In this document: in pieces, positions 49,142-57,756 of the stretch
Numbering within the stretch: the stretch's first letter is position 1
Layout: each line of letters starts with the position of its first letter
Assembly: GCA_020723305.1 (NCBI GenBank)
Contig: DYJC01000001.1
Span: 392,661-456,660 of the forward strand
Source of the DNA: Desulfosudis oleivorans
GTDB lineage: Bacteria > Desulfobacterota > Desulfobacteria > Desulfobacterales > SURF-7
Direction of reading: 5' to 3'
DNA: 64,000 nucleotides
Position numbers and translations under genes: made by a program
The notes under the pieces: generated by a model
Databases searched by the model: none
What the model was told of the DNA's origin: nothing
What the model saw: the letters and a program-made list of their open reading frames with translations, nothing else

Positions 49142-49690
49142 TCAGGACTCCACGGTTTCCGCTTGCAGAACAACCGTAATGAACCCGTCCTGTTCCCCCT
49201 TCTTGGTTATTGAAAGCCTTTTTACAAATACCATATTTTTTGATGTTTCAATCCCATGCAGATAGGATGTCAACTGATTCAAGGTAATATCATTAAGTTT
49301 TATCTCAACAATCGATTTCTTAAGCCCCGTCTCCTGTTTTTTTGATGCAGTTGGCTTCATATAACTGATATTTTCTTTCACACCAGACTGCCCTGCCAAC
49401 TGATCCAGGAAGGAAAACAAGGTAAATTTCTTGTCCCGCTGCAAAATATGACGTTCCGATAATTCAGAACTTCTTTTCAACTGATCGAAATCATTTTTTA
49501 AAGCAGCCATTTCCATCAGTGCCTTTTTTCTGGTAATAACTTCCCCTTCCATACGGGACTTTTTATTCATCACTGGCGATATCACCAACTGAAAAAACAA
49601 AAAAAGGAGAAGTGTAACTCCTGCTGCAGCAAGTCCTATCTGTTCTCTTTTGCTATATTTTCGGTCAAGATATCGGTATAGTCTTTCCAT
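49142..49690 (-). CDS. gspM: Type II secretion protein GspM (PilO-like)
   Basis: Short cytoplasmic N-terminus, one TM segment, a coiled segment and a ferredoxin-like C-terminus. It lies after gspL. Confidence 0.6.
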   Translation of the reverse strand: MERLYRYLDRKYSKREQIGLAAAGVTLLLFLFFQLVISPVMNKKSRMEGEVITRKKALMEMAALKNDFDQLKRSSELSERHILQRDKKFTLFSFLDQLAGQSGVKENISYMKPTASKKQETGLKKSIVEIKLNDITLNQLTSYLHGIETSKNMVFVKRLSITKKGEQDGFITVVLQAETVES

Positions 49691-49707
49691 AAGTCCCTTT
49701 GTAAATA

Positions 49708-51168
49708 CTATATATCCAATTTCAGCTTAAATGAAATTCTTTTTCCGGTTTTATCTGAATTGGCTGAACTGATCGTAACCTTTTGGAAAAAAATTCCTTT
49801 TTCCAAAAGGTTTTTCATTTCATCCACTAAATTAAATGTTGCCGTGTCCCCTGCGATTGTTACATTGTCCGGCCCAATTACCAAATTATCCAGCTCAATG
49901 TCCATCTCTTTTGGCAACCGTCCACTGATTTCGTTTAATATATCAATGGATCTCAAATCCTCTCCTGTCGATCCTTGCGTTGTGAATTGTTTTTTCAGCT
50001 CATCCACCTCTGCACGCATTTGCCTCTGCTGCACAAAGGTATCTTCAATTGCTGAATCCGGAAATGCCTGTTTGTAAATAGTCGAAATCTGAGAATCCAG
50101 ATCCGCCTTTTCCCTGCTCATTGAATAAAAATCATAAAACAGATTGAAGATCAGAATGCTCAGGATGATGCCTGCAAGAGTAGCGGTTTGAATAATATCT
50201 TTACGATAGACATTCCAATGCTTCTTGGCTGCAAACTGTCGGCGATGGAAATTCAAGCCATGGCTACCTGAGAACTCCGCAAGTGCCAGAGCCAATGCAT
50301 TATCCATCTGTTCCGGTATCCAGGATTGATCGACAAACTCTTTCATCTGGATTCCAGTGTCTTGAATCAAATCAACCGATGTAACCGAAAGTTCAAGTGA
50401 GCTTGCAATCTCCTCCTTGAAATCAGGCTTATCTGTTTCAGGGCCTGTCAGAAAAACAATTTCCGGTACAAACTCAATTCCCAGAATATCCTCTACGGCG
50501 GAAACCGTTTGCACAACTCCTTTGCAGATAGATTCTGCAGGTCTTGTCAATGAATGGCTGAAAACAATGGAACGAATTGTTTGAATCTGCCCTGAAGATA
50601 TCGCAAACAATGTTGAGCGGTTATCATAAACATCGATAACCAAAAACTGATTGGGTGAGCCGGCCTGTTTTGCAATCACCATGGCAATTGAATATCCACG
50701 GATGGTTGCGACTTGTGGATTCAGATTTACGGATTTCAGATCGGATATGAATTTATCCAGTTTTTCTTTTTCAATCACAGCTGCAAGTATGCATGTGTGT
50801 TCATGCTGTTTTGGGTGTGAAATATTCTGAAAATCGATGACGGCTTGATCAATAGGCAACGGCATGGTTGGTTCTAATTCAAATTGAAGAACCTGCTTTA
50901 TTTTTCGGGTTTCTTTGAATGGAACCTGAATATTCCGATAAGAGGCCAGCTCTGCAGGAAAGGATATGACACACTCAACCTCTGACAGATCAATGTCTTC
51001 AACAATATTTTGCAGCGCTCTGATTTGATCAGCCGTATGTTCTTCTCCATTTGCTTTCCAGGAATTGTGAAAAAAGACCTCCACTTCATTGCCCTTGGTG
51101 CTGCTTACAACGACAACTGCGGATACGCTATTTTTACGGATATCAAGCCCAAGAATTTTTCTGCTCAT
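49708..51168 (-). CDS. gspL: Type II secretion protein GspL (PilM-like cytoplasmic domain + TM + periplasmic domain)
   Basis: The N-terminus MSRKILGLDIRKNSVSAVVV is typical of PilM/GspL actin-like domains. A central TM segment (ATLAGIILSILIFNLFYDF) is present. Confidence 0.65.
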   Translation of the reverse strand: MSRKILGLDIRKNSVSAVVVVSSTKGNEVEVFFHNSWKANGEEHTADQIRALQNIVEDIDLSEVECVISFPAELASYRNIQVPFKETRKIKQVLQFELEPTMPLPIDQAVIDFQNISHPKQHEHTCILAAVIEKEKLDKFISDLKSVNLNPQVATIRGYSIAMVIAKQAGSPNQFLVIDVYDNRSTLFAISSGQIQTIRSIVFSHSLTRPAESICKGVVQTVSAVEDILGIEFVPEIVFLTGPETDKPDFKEEIASSLELSVTSVDLIQDTGIQMKEFVDQSWIPEQMDNALALALAEFSGSHGLNFHRRQFAAKKHWNVYRKDIIQTATLAGIILSILIFNLFYDFYSMSREKADLDSQISTIYKQAFPDSAIEDTFVQQRQMRAEVDELKKQFTTQGSTGEDLRSIDILNEISGRLPKEMDIELDNLVIGPDNVTIAGDTATFNLVDEMKNLLEKGIFFQKVTISSANSDKTGKRISFKLKLDI

Positions 51169-51318
51169 ATCTTTTTATCTCAACCTGTCTTTTTTAATAC
51201 TTGGCAATTGATCAACCCCGAACAGTTCGGAATCCGTTTACCTCTCTACAAAAAGAATATTAGGCTAATATTTCTATTTCATTAACAATCAGTTCAAGAC
51301 CGATGGTTCTGATATAGT

Positions 51319-52395
51319 CTATTCCGTCTGCCAACTCAAGACCCTGCAAGCGTTTTTTCCGGTTTTATTTTCCCGTTCCACAACTGCAACAGTCACCATC
51401 TTTACGTTATTCAGCTCCCCTGTTGCGATAATCCGGAAAAAATTGCTTTTCGTTGTGATCAGATTGGGTTCAATTGTCAAAGCACTGCATCCAGGAGCTT
51501 TCTTATACCAGTCTGCACCAGATAAGGATAAATCGTTGAGATATTTACCATCGGCCGTCATCTCTTCCCGATATCCGACAATCTCCTGTGCAAGCGGAAG
51601 ATCATTTACCTGAAGTAAAGCGGCGATGACCGGCAATTCAGCCGTATTGATATTGATCTTCCCTGGAAAGTTGAATTTATTGGTTGTTGCTTCTGTTTCC
51701 ATTCCATAGACAGTCAGATATTGGGATAGCATCTCCCAGCCGCCGAAACTTTCTACCAACTTTGACACTCCCTTTACCTGGAGAAGTTCATCCACATGAT
51801 CTATTGGCCCGTTTTTACATGCATACGGCGGTTCCAGGCCATTATAGTAATCCGATTCCGCCCCATTCACACCGCTTATGGCATCATCATCTCCTGAATC
51901 AAGCCAGTCTTTAAGGGAATTCACAATGGCGGAGGCACTGGTATCATCATCCTCGACTTGTCCGGAGGTAATATATCCTACAAATCGTTCCCACATATTC
52001 ATCTGATCCTGATTAAAATCCTTCCCATCCGGAAACTTGACCAGCGCATTGACCTGAATTTTTGAAAGCTCATCCTGAATTTCCACAGTCAAAGCCCCTT
52101 CTGGAAAAGGGATATCACTCAGAAGATCTGCTATGCTTTCCTTGTCTGCCCAATCTTCCTGCAGAGAATCCACTTCTCCATCCTTTTTATCTTTCAACAA
52201 TAAGGCCATCACCATTTGTACACCCGAAGAAGTCATATGGGAAAGCTTTAAACGATCTCTTGTAACACCCGTAAACTCGGCAGCATCCCCAGCCCGCCTG
52301 TTCAGTTCCATTGTTGTGGAAATCAGAAGTGTAATCACTGCGATGGTAATGATCAGTGCGATACCTTGATTCTTTTTTTGATTCTGCTCATTCAT
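51319..52395 (-). CDS. gspK: Type II secretion minor pseudopilin GspK
   Basis: NQGIALIITIAVITLLISTTMEL is a pseudopilin-like N-terminus without the conserved Glu. The large size and two HhH-like segments fit. Confidence 0.78.
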   Translation of the reverse strand: MNEQNQKKNQGIALIITIAVITLLISTTMELNRRAGDAAEFTGVTRDRLKLSHMTSSGVQMVMALLLKDKKDGEVDSLQEDWADKESIADLLSDIPFPEGALTVEIQDELSKIQVNALVKFPDGKDFNQDQMNMWERFVGYITSGQVEDDDTSASAIVNSLKDWLDSGDDDAISGVNGAESDYYNGLEPPYACKNGPIDHVDELLQVKGVSKLVESFGGWEMLSQYLTVYGMETEATTNKFNFPGKININTAELPVIAALLQVNDLPLAQEIVGYREEMTADGKYLNDLSLSGADWYKKAPGCSALTIEPNLITTKSNFFRIIATGELNNVKMVTVAVVERENKTGKNACRVLSWQTE

Positions 52396-53159
52396 CAGGT
52401 TTCTTTTTGGATGCTTTCATAACGATAAACCGGCAAATGAACCCGGGTCTGAAATACGTAAGAAGCCGTTTCTTTGCCGATTTCCAGTCGGATTCCGATG
52501 GATACCGGTGTTTCATACTTGAATTCAGAGGACTCGGAATCCCATGATTCATGCTCTTCACCCTCCTTATCATAATATGTAAAGGAGAGAGACTTTACAT
52601 TCTCGCAAAGAACAGGATCATTATTTTTCTCATCAAGTGGTTTCTCAAAATTCAGACGATCCGATCGTTTCAGGACAAATGTGTTCTCCTCTGTTTCATC
52701 AACATAATAAACGATTTCTGCCACACCTTTTGGTTGTCCCTTGCCAAACGAAATATGAGCAGAAGATGTAAATCGCAATTTTGGGAAATCCTTATTCCGG
52801 GAGGAATTCTGTTCACCAAGGAGTTGATGAACATCCGGATCAGAATCCAGCTCGGGTTGGGAATAGCGCTGGGAGGGGGTCACATGAATCTCCCTAAAAT
52901 CCAGGATCATCCTGTCCAGGCATGTTTTCGCCATCTCATTGATGGTGATATTCTCCTCAATGCCACCCACACTGCCAAGAATCTGGTTAAAAGATCCAAA
53001 AAGGGTTGTAATCATGATACTGAAGATAAAAATTGCCAGTAATATCTCAAGTAGCGTAAATCCGAAGCAACCTTCAGCCTCTTTGTCTTTTCTTGGAATG
53101 ATCAGAAAACTACTCCTGCAATAAATGGTAAGAAATGATCGAATAATTGAACTCTCCAT
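52395..53159 (-). CDS. gspJ: Type II secretion minor pseudopilin GspJ
   Basis: Prepilin motif G|FTLLEILLAIFIFSIM after an unusually long 32-aa leader as drawn. The start codon is uncertain. Confidence 0.68.
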   Translation of the reverse strand: MESSIIRSFLTIYCRSSFLIIPRKDKEAEGCFGFTLLEILLAIFIFSIMITTLFGSFNQILGSVGGIEENITINEMAKTCLDRMILDFREIHVTPSQRYSQPELDSDPDVHQLLGEQNSSRNKDFPKLRFTSSAHISFGKGQPKGVAEIVYYVDETEENTFVLKRSDRLNFEKPLDEKNNDPVLCENVKSLSFTYYDKEGEEHESWDSESSEFKYETPVSIGIRLEIGKETASYVFQTRVHLPVYRYESIQKET

Positions 53160-53508
53160 CGTTAAAACCTATGGTAACCTCAATTTTTTTCAGTTTTTCC
53201 GATAGATCGCCTAGGGTTTCCGACTCCACTTTAGTTACAGAACTTTTCCACGAGTAGCCTGGAAAATCTTCACCAAAGTCACCTTCATCCGCCTCTTCAT
53301 GCTTTTCAATATTTTCAATAATCTGCGCCATCTTTACTTCTGCGAGAAACGGTGCCTGCGTATCAAATTGAGAATTCAGATTCAGATAAACCGTTTTGGA
53401 GTGCAGCCCCCATAATGTCGTTATCACAATGGCAATAATCGAAAAGGCAATCATAACCTCTAAAAGGGTGAACCCATCATCTTTTCTATTATCTGAAGGT
53501 TTCGACAT
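53110..53508 (-). CDS. gspI: Type II secretion minor pseudopilin GspI
   Basis: MSKPSDNRKDDG|FTLLEVMIAFSIIAIV prepilin motif. The start was moved to this ATG (complement of 53506-53508). It overlaps the gspH stop by 20 bp. Confidence 0.7.
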   Translation of the reverse strand: MSKPSDNRKDDGFTLLEVMIAFSIIAIVITTLWGLHSKTVYLNLNSQFDTQAPFLAEVKMAQIIENIEKHEEADEGDFGEDFPGYSWKSSVTKVESETLGDLSEKLKKIEVTIGFNDGEFNYSIISYHLLQE

Positions 53509-54007
53509 ATTCCTCAACCCATTTAACGGAAGGTAGAAATGCTTCCACAAACAGGGAGACTTTTCGATCATCACTGCCTTCAATATGGATAATCGCCTGA
53601 TCGGAATACCCCTTTTTATTAAATCGTATTTCAACCGTTCCCTGAATCACTTTTCCTTGTCCTGGAAATCCCACATCAAGCAGTCTTACGGTTTCCGGAA
53701 GGGGATAGCCGTTATCTTGGGCTGTTTTCAACGCCTCTTCCGTATCCATTGATTCGTCTGCAATCCATAAACGATTGTTATCGATATCAAGATTCAGGAC
53801 ATAGTCTTTCTGTTGCTGAACCGCATTATTCCGTAGCATTCTGGCTTTAACAACGATCCAGCGTACTATTTTATTGGTATCATCCGGAAAAATAAATCCT
53901 GACAAGCGTGGTGTCGCAAACACAAGCATGACTGACATAATGATGACAACCACAATCAACTCGATCAGCGTAAAACCTGTATTCTCTTTTATTGGCCAAA
54001 AATTCAT
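53489..54007 (-). CDS. gspH: Type II secretion minor pseudopilin GspH
   Basis: MNFWPIKENTG|FTLIELIVVVIIMSVM prepilin motif, 172 aa. Confidence 0.7.
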   Translation of the reverse strand: MNFWPIKENTGFTLIELIVVVIIMSVMLVFATPRLSGFIFPDDTNKIVRWIVVKARMLRNNAVQQQKDYVLNLDIDNNRLWIADESMDTEEALKTAQDNGYPLPETVRLLDVGFPGQGKVIQGTVEIRFNKKGYSDQAIIHIEGSDDRKVSLFVEAFLPSVKWVEEYVETFR

Positions 54008-54026
54008 TCTTATTCAGATGACCTGG

Positions 54027-54473
54027 CTATTCGATTTCCCAATTATTGATATCCTTGGCAACATCCTCTCCGCCTGGAGCTCCATCAGAGCCATATGAGA
54101 TAAGATCAAAATTACCATTCACACCGGGGCTAAGATACGCAAATTCATTTCCCCATGGATCCTTTGGAACAAAGGACTTTTCAAGATAACCGCCCTTACG
54201 CCATTTTTTAGGCAGAACACCGGATTCCGGGGCTTTTACAAGCGCCTCAAGTCCCTGTTCCGTACTCGGATACATACCGTTATCGAGTTTATATAATTGC
54301 AGCGCGGACTCAATGGCTTTTATATCAATTCTCGCCTTGTTTTGCCTTGCTTCGTCCGGGGCATCCATAAAATTGGGTGCGATCACCATTGCCAGTATAC
54401 CCAGAATCACAATCACAACCATTAGTTCGATAAAGGTAAAGCCTGAGTTATCGGTTCGACTGACTGATTTCAT
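54027..54473 (-). CDS. gspG: Type II secretion major pseudopilin GspG
   Basis: G|[17 protein letters not shown], with [21 protein letters not shown] and [13 protein letters not shown]...[13 protein letters not shown], the hallmarks of GspG. Confidence 0.95.
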   Translation of the reverse strand: MKSVSRTDNSGFTFIELMVVIVILGILAMVIAPNFMDAPDEARQNKARIDIKAIESALQLYKLDNGMYPSTEQGLEALVKAPESGVLPKKWRKGGYLEKSFVPKDPWGNEFAYLSPGVNGNFDLISYGSDGAPGGEDVAKDINNWEIE

Positions 54474-54671
54474 AAATGATATCTCCCCTGTAATTCAAAA
54501 TGTGGCAAAAACCACAATTCTATCCTACTATATGTTTCAATTGGTAATCTACGAAAAAAAATTGAAGAACTTTGCATAAGTGCCAGTTTTCTAATATAGC
54601 ATTCATGTTCAGTGATCAAGGGTTAAAAGAGGCGAGTTGACATTATCCAATGACAATGCCAAATAGTCCGT

Positions 54672-54833
54672 ATGAAAATAAAATTAAAAATCAGGTGTGA
54701 ATGTTCCAGCAGAGATGTGATATTTGTTGATCATGAGAGGGTATATTGCACAAAATGCGTACCAGAACAGATTATCACTCAATCACCACATAAAAAAACC
54801 GGTTTAAAAAAAGTAACAGCAACCAACAAATAG
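54672..54833 (+). CDS. Possible small zinc-ribbon protein (53 aa), below the ORF-track size cutoff
   Basis: Translation MKIKLKIRCECSSRDVIFVDHERVYCTKCVPEQIITQSPHKKTGLKKVTATNK has a CxC...CxxC pattern. No convincing Shine-Dalgarno sequence is present, so support is weak. Confidence 0.25.
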   Translation: MKIKLKIRCECSSRDVIFVDHERVYCTKCVPEQIITQSPHKKTGLKKVTATNK

Positions 54834-54842
54834 ATATTCATC

Positions 54843-55160
54843 TTATTCATAAAATTTTTTTAATACCTTGCTTTCATTACCCTTATCAATATCATCCAAA
54901 GCAAACAAAATTGCAGCTTCAACAAATGCAGACTTATTCTCAATCTGCATTCCGGCAAGCTTTAACTCATGAAATTTACGAGTGAACCGATCAAGCACTT
55001 CCAGAGAAAGATAAAAACCTGCTTTTTTTTTCTTCTTTTCTTCTAGGGGAGAATTCTTATCGTTATCTTTTTCACCTGAACCGATTGCCGCCATCACAGG
55101 ATCGAATGCAATATTTTCAAAAAAATCAGGTTTTTCATTGTTTCCGATCGTCATCCCCAT
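54843..55160 (-). CDS. Small ParA-partner protein, probable ribbon-helix-helix (ParG-like)
   Basis: 105 aa with a disordered Lys-rich N-terminal half, then FYLSLEVLDRFTRKFHELKLAG...FVEAAILFAL in a strand-helix-helix pattern. It overlaps the ParA-like gene by 26 bp. Confidence 0.45.
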   Translation of the reverse strand: MGMTIGNNEKPDFFENIAFDPVMAAIGSGEKDNDKNSPLEEKKKKKAGFYLSLEVLDRFTRKFHELKLAGMQIENKSAFVEAAILFALDDIDKGNESKVLKKFYE

Positions 55161-55911
55161 CTACCCTCCTTATCAGTTTTCGATATCCTTCTGCTCCGAT
55201 GGCCTGACTTCTGTATTCAAAAATCGTTTTCCCCTGTGAAGGTGCCTCCGATAATCGGACATTATAGTGAATCGGATCACAGATCTGTCTTTTAAACATT
55301 TTTTGCAGTTGCTTTAATATCTCAAAACTTTGACGGGTGCGTGTATCAAACATTGTCGGAAGTATATATTTTAATTGAAGATCTGAGTTCAGCTTCTGAG
55401 CGGAAAGAAGATATCCAAAAAAAGTTTTTAGTCCCTCAAGAGATGGCCCTTGCAGAGCAACCGGACATAAAACCTCATCAACTGCCATTAAAATGTTGAC
55501 GCTCAACACATCCCATCCCGGTGCGCAGTCAAATATCAGATAATCCAGCGTCCCCTTTTTGGGAAGAAGTGCATTACCCAGGACAGTCTGCCGGATATCT
55601 CTGGGCTGCTCTCCAAGCCAGTTTTTCAATTCTACCAAACCAATCCCCCCGGCAATCAGCCAGAGATTTTTTCGGGTGGGATGAATAATATCTTTTCTTG
55701 AAATATATTCGCCGTTTTTATCTCTGCCTGTGACAAACTCGTAGAGTCCATATTTGGGATTCACTCCCAGGAATTTTGAGGTCTGCCCTTGAGTATCACA
55801 ATCAACCAGCAACACTCTGTGTCCAAGCTGTGAAAGACCAAAAGCAAGGTTTACAGCTGTTGTTGTCTTGCCAACACCACCTTTTGCCATTGCAACTGCT
55901 ATTTTTCTCAT
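55135..55911 (-). CDS. ParA/MinD-family ATPase (orphan, chromosomal)
   Basis: Deviant Walker A AKGGVGKTTTAVNLA, VLLVDCDTQG and DCAPG motifs. Confidence 0.85.
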   Translation of the reverse strand: MRKIAVAMAKGGVGKTTTAVNLAFGLSQLGHRVLLVDCDTQGQTSKFLGVNPKYGLYEFVTGRDKNGEYISRKDIIHPTRKNLWLIAGGIGLVELKNWLGEQPRDIRQTVLGNALLPKKGTLDYLIFDCAPGWDVLSVNILMAVDEVLCPVALQGPSLEGLKTFFGYLLSAQKLNSDLQLKYILPTMFDTRTRQSFEILKQLQKMFKRQICDPIHYNVRLSEAPSQGKTIFEYRSQAIGAEGYRKLIRRVDGDDDRKQ

Positions 55912-56224
55912 TTTCCACTCCAGATATAGAGCATACTTTTTTTCCTGTCCGCGTTTTATACATATCTTTTTAGAATAATCAACTGATTCTTGGTTGTTTT
56001 TCAGATGAGACTGTTTTTAATATGCTTTGATACATTTTAATCAAAAGGATGAAAGGGCGGAAATATGAAAAAAGTTAAAATATACTTGCCCAATCCGTTA
56101 TAATGCTATATGAAATCCATAAAAAATACTTGTAAATAATACCAAAACAATCCAAACTATGGTTAACACACAAAATCGGATGAAGAAAAATTCTTCACTT
56201 TTTATCTGAACACCTGATAAGGAA

Positions 56225-56605
56225 ATGCAAAAAAAATATAAAATTCTGATAATTGACGACAGTGAAGAGATACTGAATACGTATAAAAAATTTTTTATAA
56301 AAAAAAATTATTCGGTCGCAACAGCTTCTAATGGATTGGATGGATTAAAGATACTCCAGACCGAGCCAAACGATTTTGACCTTATCATCACGGATATCGT
56401 TATGCCGAATATCAGCGGTGTTGGTATCATTTCTATTGTTAAAAAAAAATTTCCGGAGATACTTATCATTGCCATTACAGGCTGGGGAGAGCATCCAGGT
56501 ATGCTGGCATCTGAGGCAGAGGCAGATCTTGTACTGGAAAAACCAATTGACCTGATGGAACTGGATAAACGAATTATTGATCTTATCCAGTCAAAAACAA
56601 TTTAA
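56225..56605 (+). CDS. Stand-alone response-regulator receiver domain (REC half of a split NtrC-type regulator)
   Basis: IIDDS, the phospho-acceptor ITDIVMP, AITGW and EKP motifs, 126 aa. Confidence 0.85.
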   Translation: MQKKYKILIIDDSEEILNTYKKFFIKKNYSVATASNGLDGLKILQTEPNDFDLIITDIVMPNISGVGIISIVKKKFPEILIIAITGWGEHPGMLASEAEADLVLEKPIDLMELDKRIIDLIQSKTI

Positions 56606-56668
56606 AGTCAGCTGATTATGATTAACTGAAATTTTCATACAACCATTTAAACGAAAACATTTAAGAAT

Positions 56669-57706
56669 ATGCAAAGCGGACCCCCGATCATAGGCGTTAG
56701 TCCAGCCATTGTCAGAGTTACTGACCTGATCAATCATGTTGCAGATACAGGGCTGAATATCGTAATTTCCGGCGAGACCGGCGTTGGAAAAGAGGTAATC
56801 GCACAAAACCTGTATCAAAAATCCCCAAGAAAAGGGAAACCGTTTGTCAAGGTCAATTGTGCAGCCCTTCCCGAAGGACTTCTTGAGAGTGAGCTTTATG
56901 GTTACGAACGAGGAGCCTTCACAGGGGCGGAACAAAAAAAACGCGGGAAATTTGAACTGGCCAACGGAGGTGTACTGTTTCTTGATGAAATCGGGGATAT
57001 GCCGATTTTGTTACAGTCAAAGCTGCTCCATGTTCTCCAAAGCGGGGAATTCGCTCCTCTTGGATCAGAAAAAGAATTTAAAACAGATACATGGCTTATC
57101 GCAGCAACCAATCATGATTTGGAAGATGAAATTAAAAAACATAAATTCCGTGAGGATCTGTATTATCGGTTAAATATTATTAAAATATATATCCCGCCTC
57201 TTCGAGAGAGAACCGAGGATATTCCGCATCTGATCAATTATTACAGTCAACTGTATACGTCTCAATTCAACAATAGAAACATTCTCCAGCCCAGCAGTCG
57301 GGTATTACAAAAACTATCCGAATATTACTGGCCAGGCAATGTCCGGGAGCTTCAAAACGTATTGAAAAGAGTATTGGTTCTTGGTAGTTGGGATGATATC
57401 ATTGATGGATTCGATTATGGATATGGATCATCAAATGCTGTTCGCCAAAAAACGGAACAAGTTCAACCACCGATACCTTCATCCAATAATTTTCTATTCC
57501 AGAATGGACAAGCACCTGATCTGGAATCCTTTTCATTAAAGGATATCAAGAAAAACGCTTTGGATAAAGTTGAAAAGGAAGCCATCTCTTACATATTGGA
57601 AAAGACCGGGTGGAACCGTAGCAGAGCATCCAAAATATTAAAAATCAGCTATAAAACATTATTATATAAAATAAGTGAGTTGGGAATTCTACCGCCGACA
57701 ACATAG
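56669..57706 (+). CDS. Sigma-54 interaction (AAA+) domain plus Fis-type HTH protein lacking a sensory domain
   Basis: GETGVGKE Walker A, GAFTGA, the ESELYGYERGAFTGA region, and a C-terminal HTH RSRASKILKISYKTLLYKI. It begins exactly where NtrC central domains begin (IIGVSPAI). Confidence 0.87.
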   Translation: MQSGPPIIGVSPAIVRVTDLINHVADTGLNIVISGETGVGKEVIAQNLYQKSPRKGKPFVKVNCAALPEGLLESELYGYERGAFTGAEQKKRGKFELANGGVLFLDEIGDMPILLQSKLLHVLQSGEFAPLGSEKEFKTDTWLIAATNHDLEDEIKKHKFREDLYYRLNIIKIYIPPLRERTEDIPHLINYYSQLYTSQFNNRNILQPSSRVLQKLSEYYWPGNVRELQNVLKRVLVLGSWDDIIDGFDYGYGSSNAVRQKTEQVQPPIPSSNNFLFQNGQAPDLESFSLKDIKKNALDKVEKEAISYILEKTGWNRSRASKILKISYKTLLYKISELGILPPTT

Positions 57707-57756
57707 AGCTTGAAGCTTCATCTCAATTGGATTTCAGATGGCTCCCCAATTATTTT

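Noticed and set aside
54572-54586. A sigma-54-like motif upstream of gspG. The minus strand reads CTGGCACTTATGCAA.
   Set aside because: The GG and GC dinucleotides are 3 bp too close (TGGCAC-N4-TGCA instead of TGGCAC-N5-TTGC). The spacing is incompatible with sigma-54 recognition.
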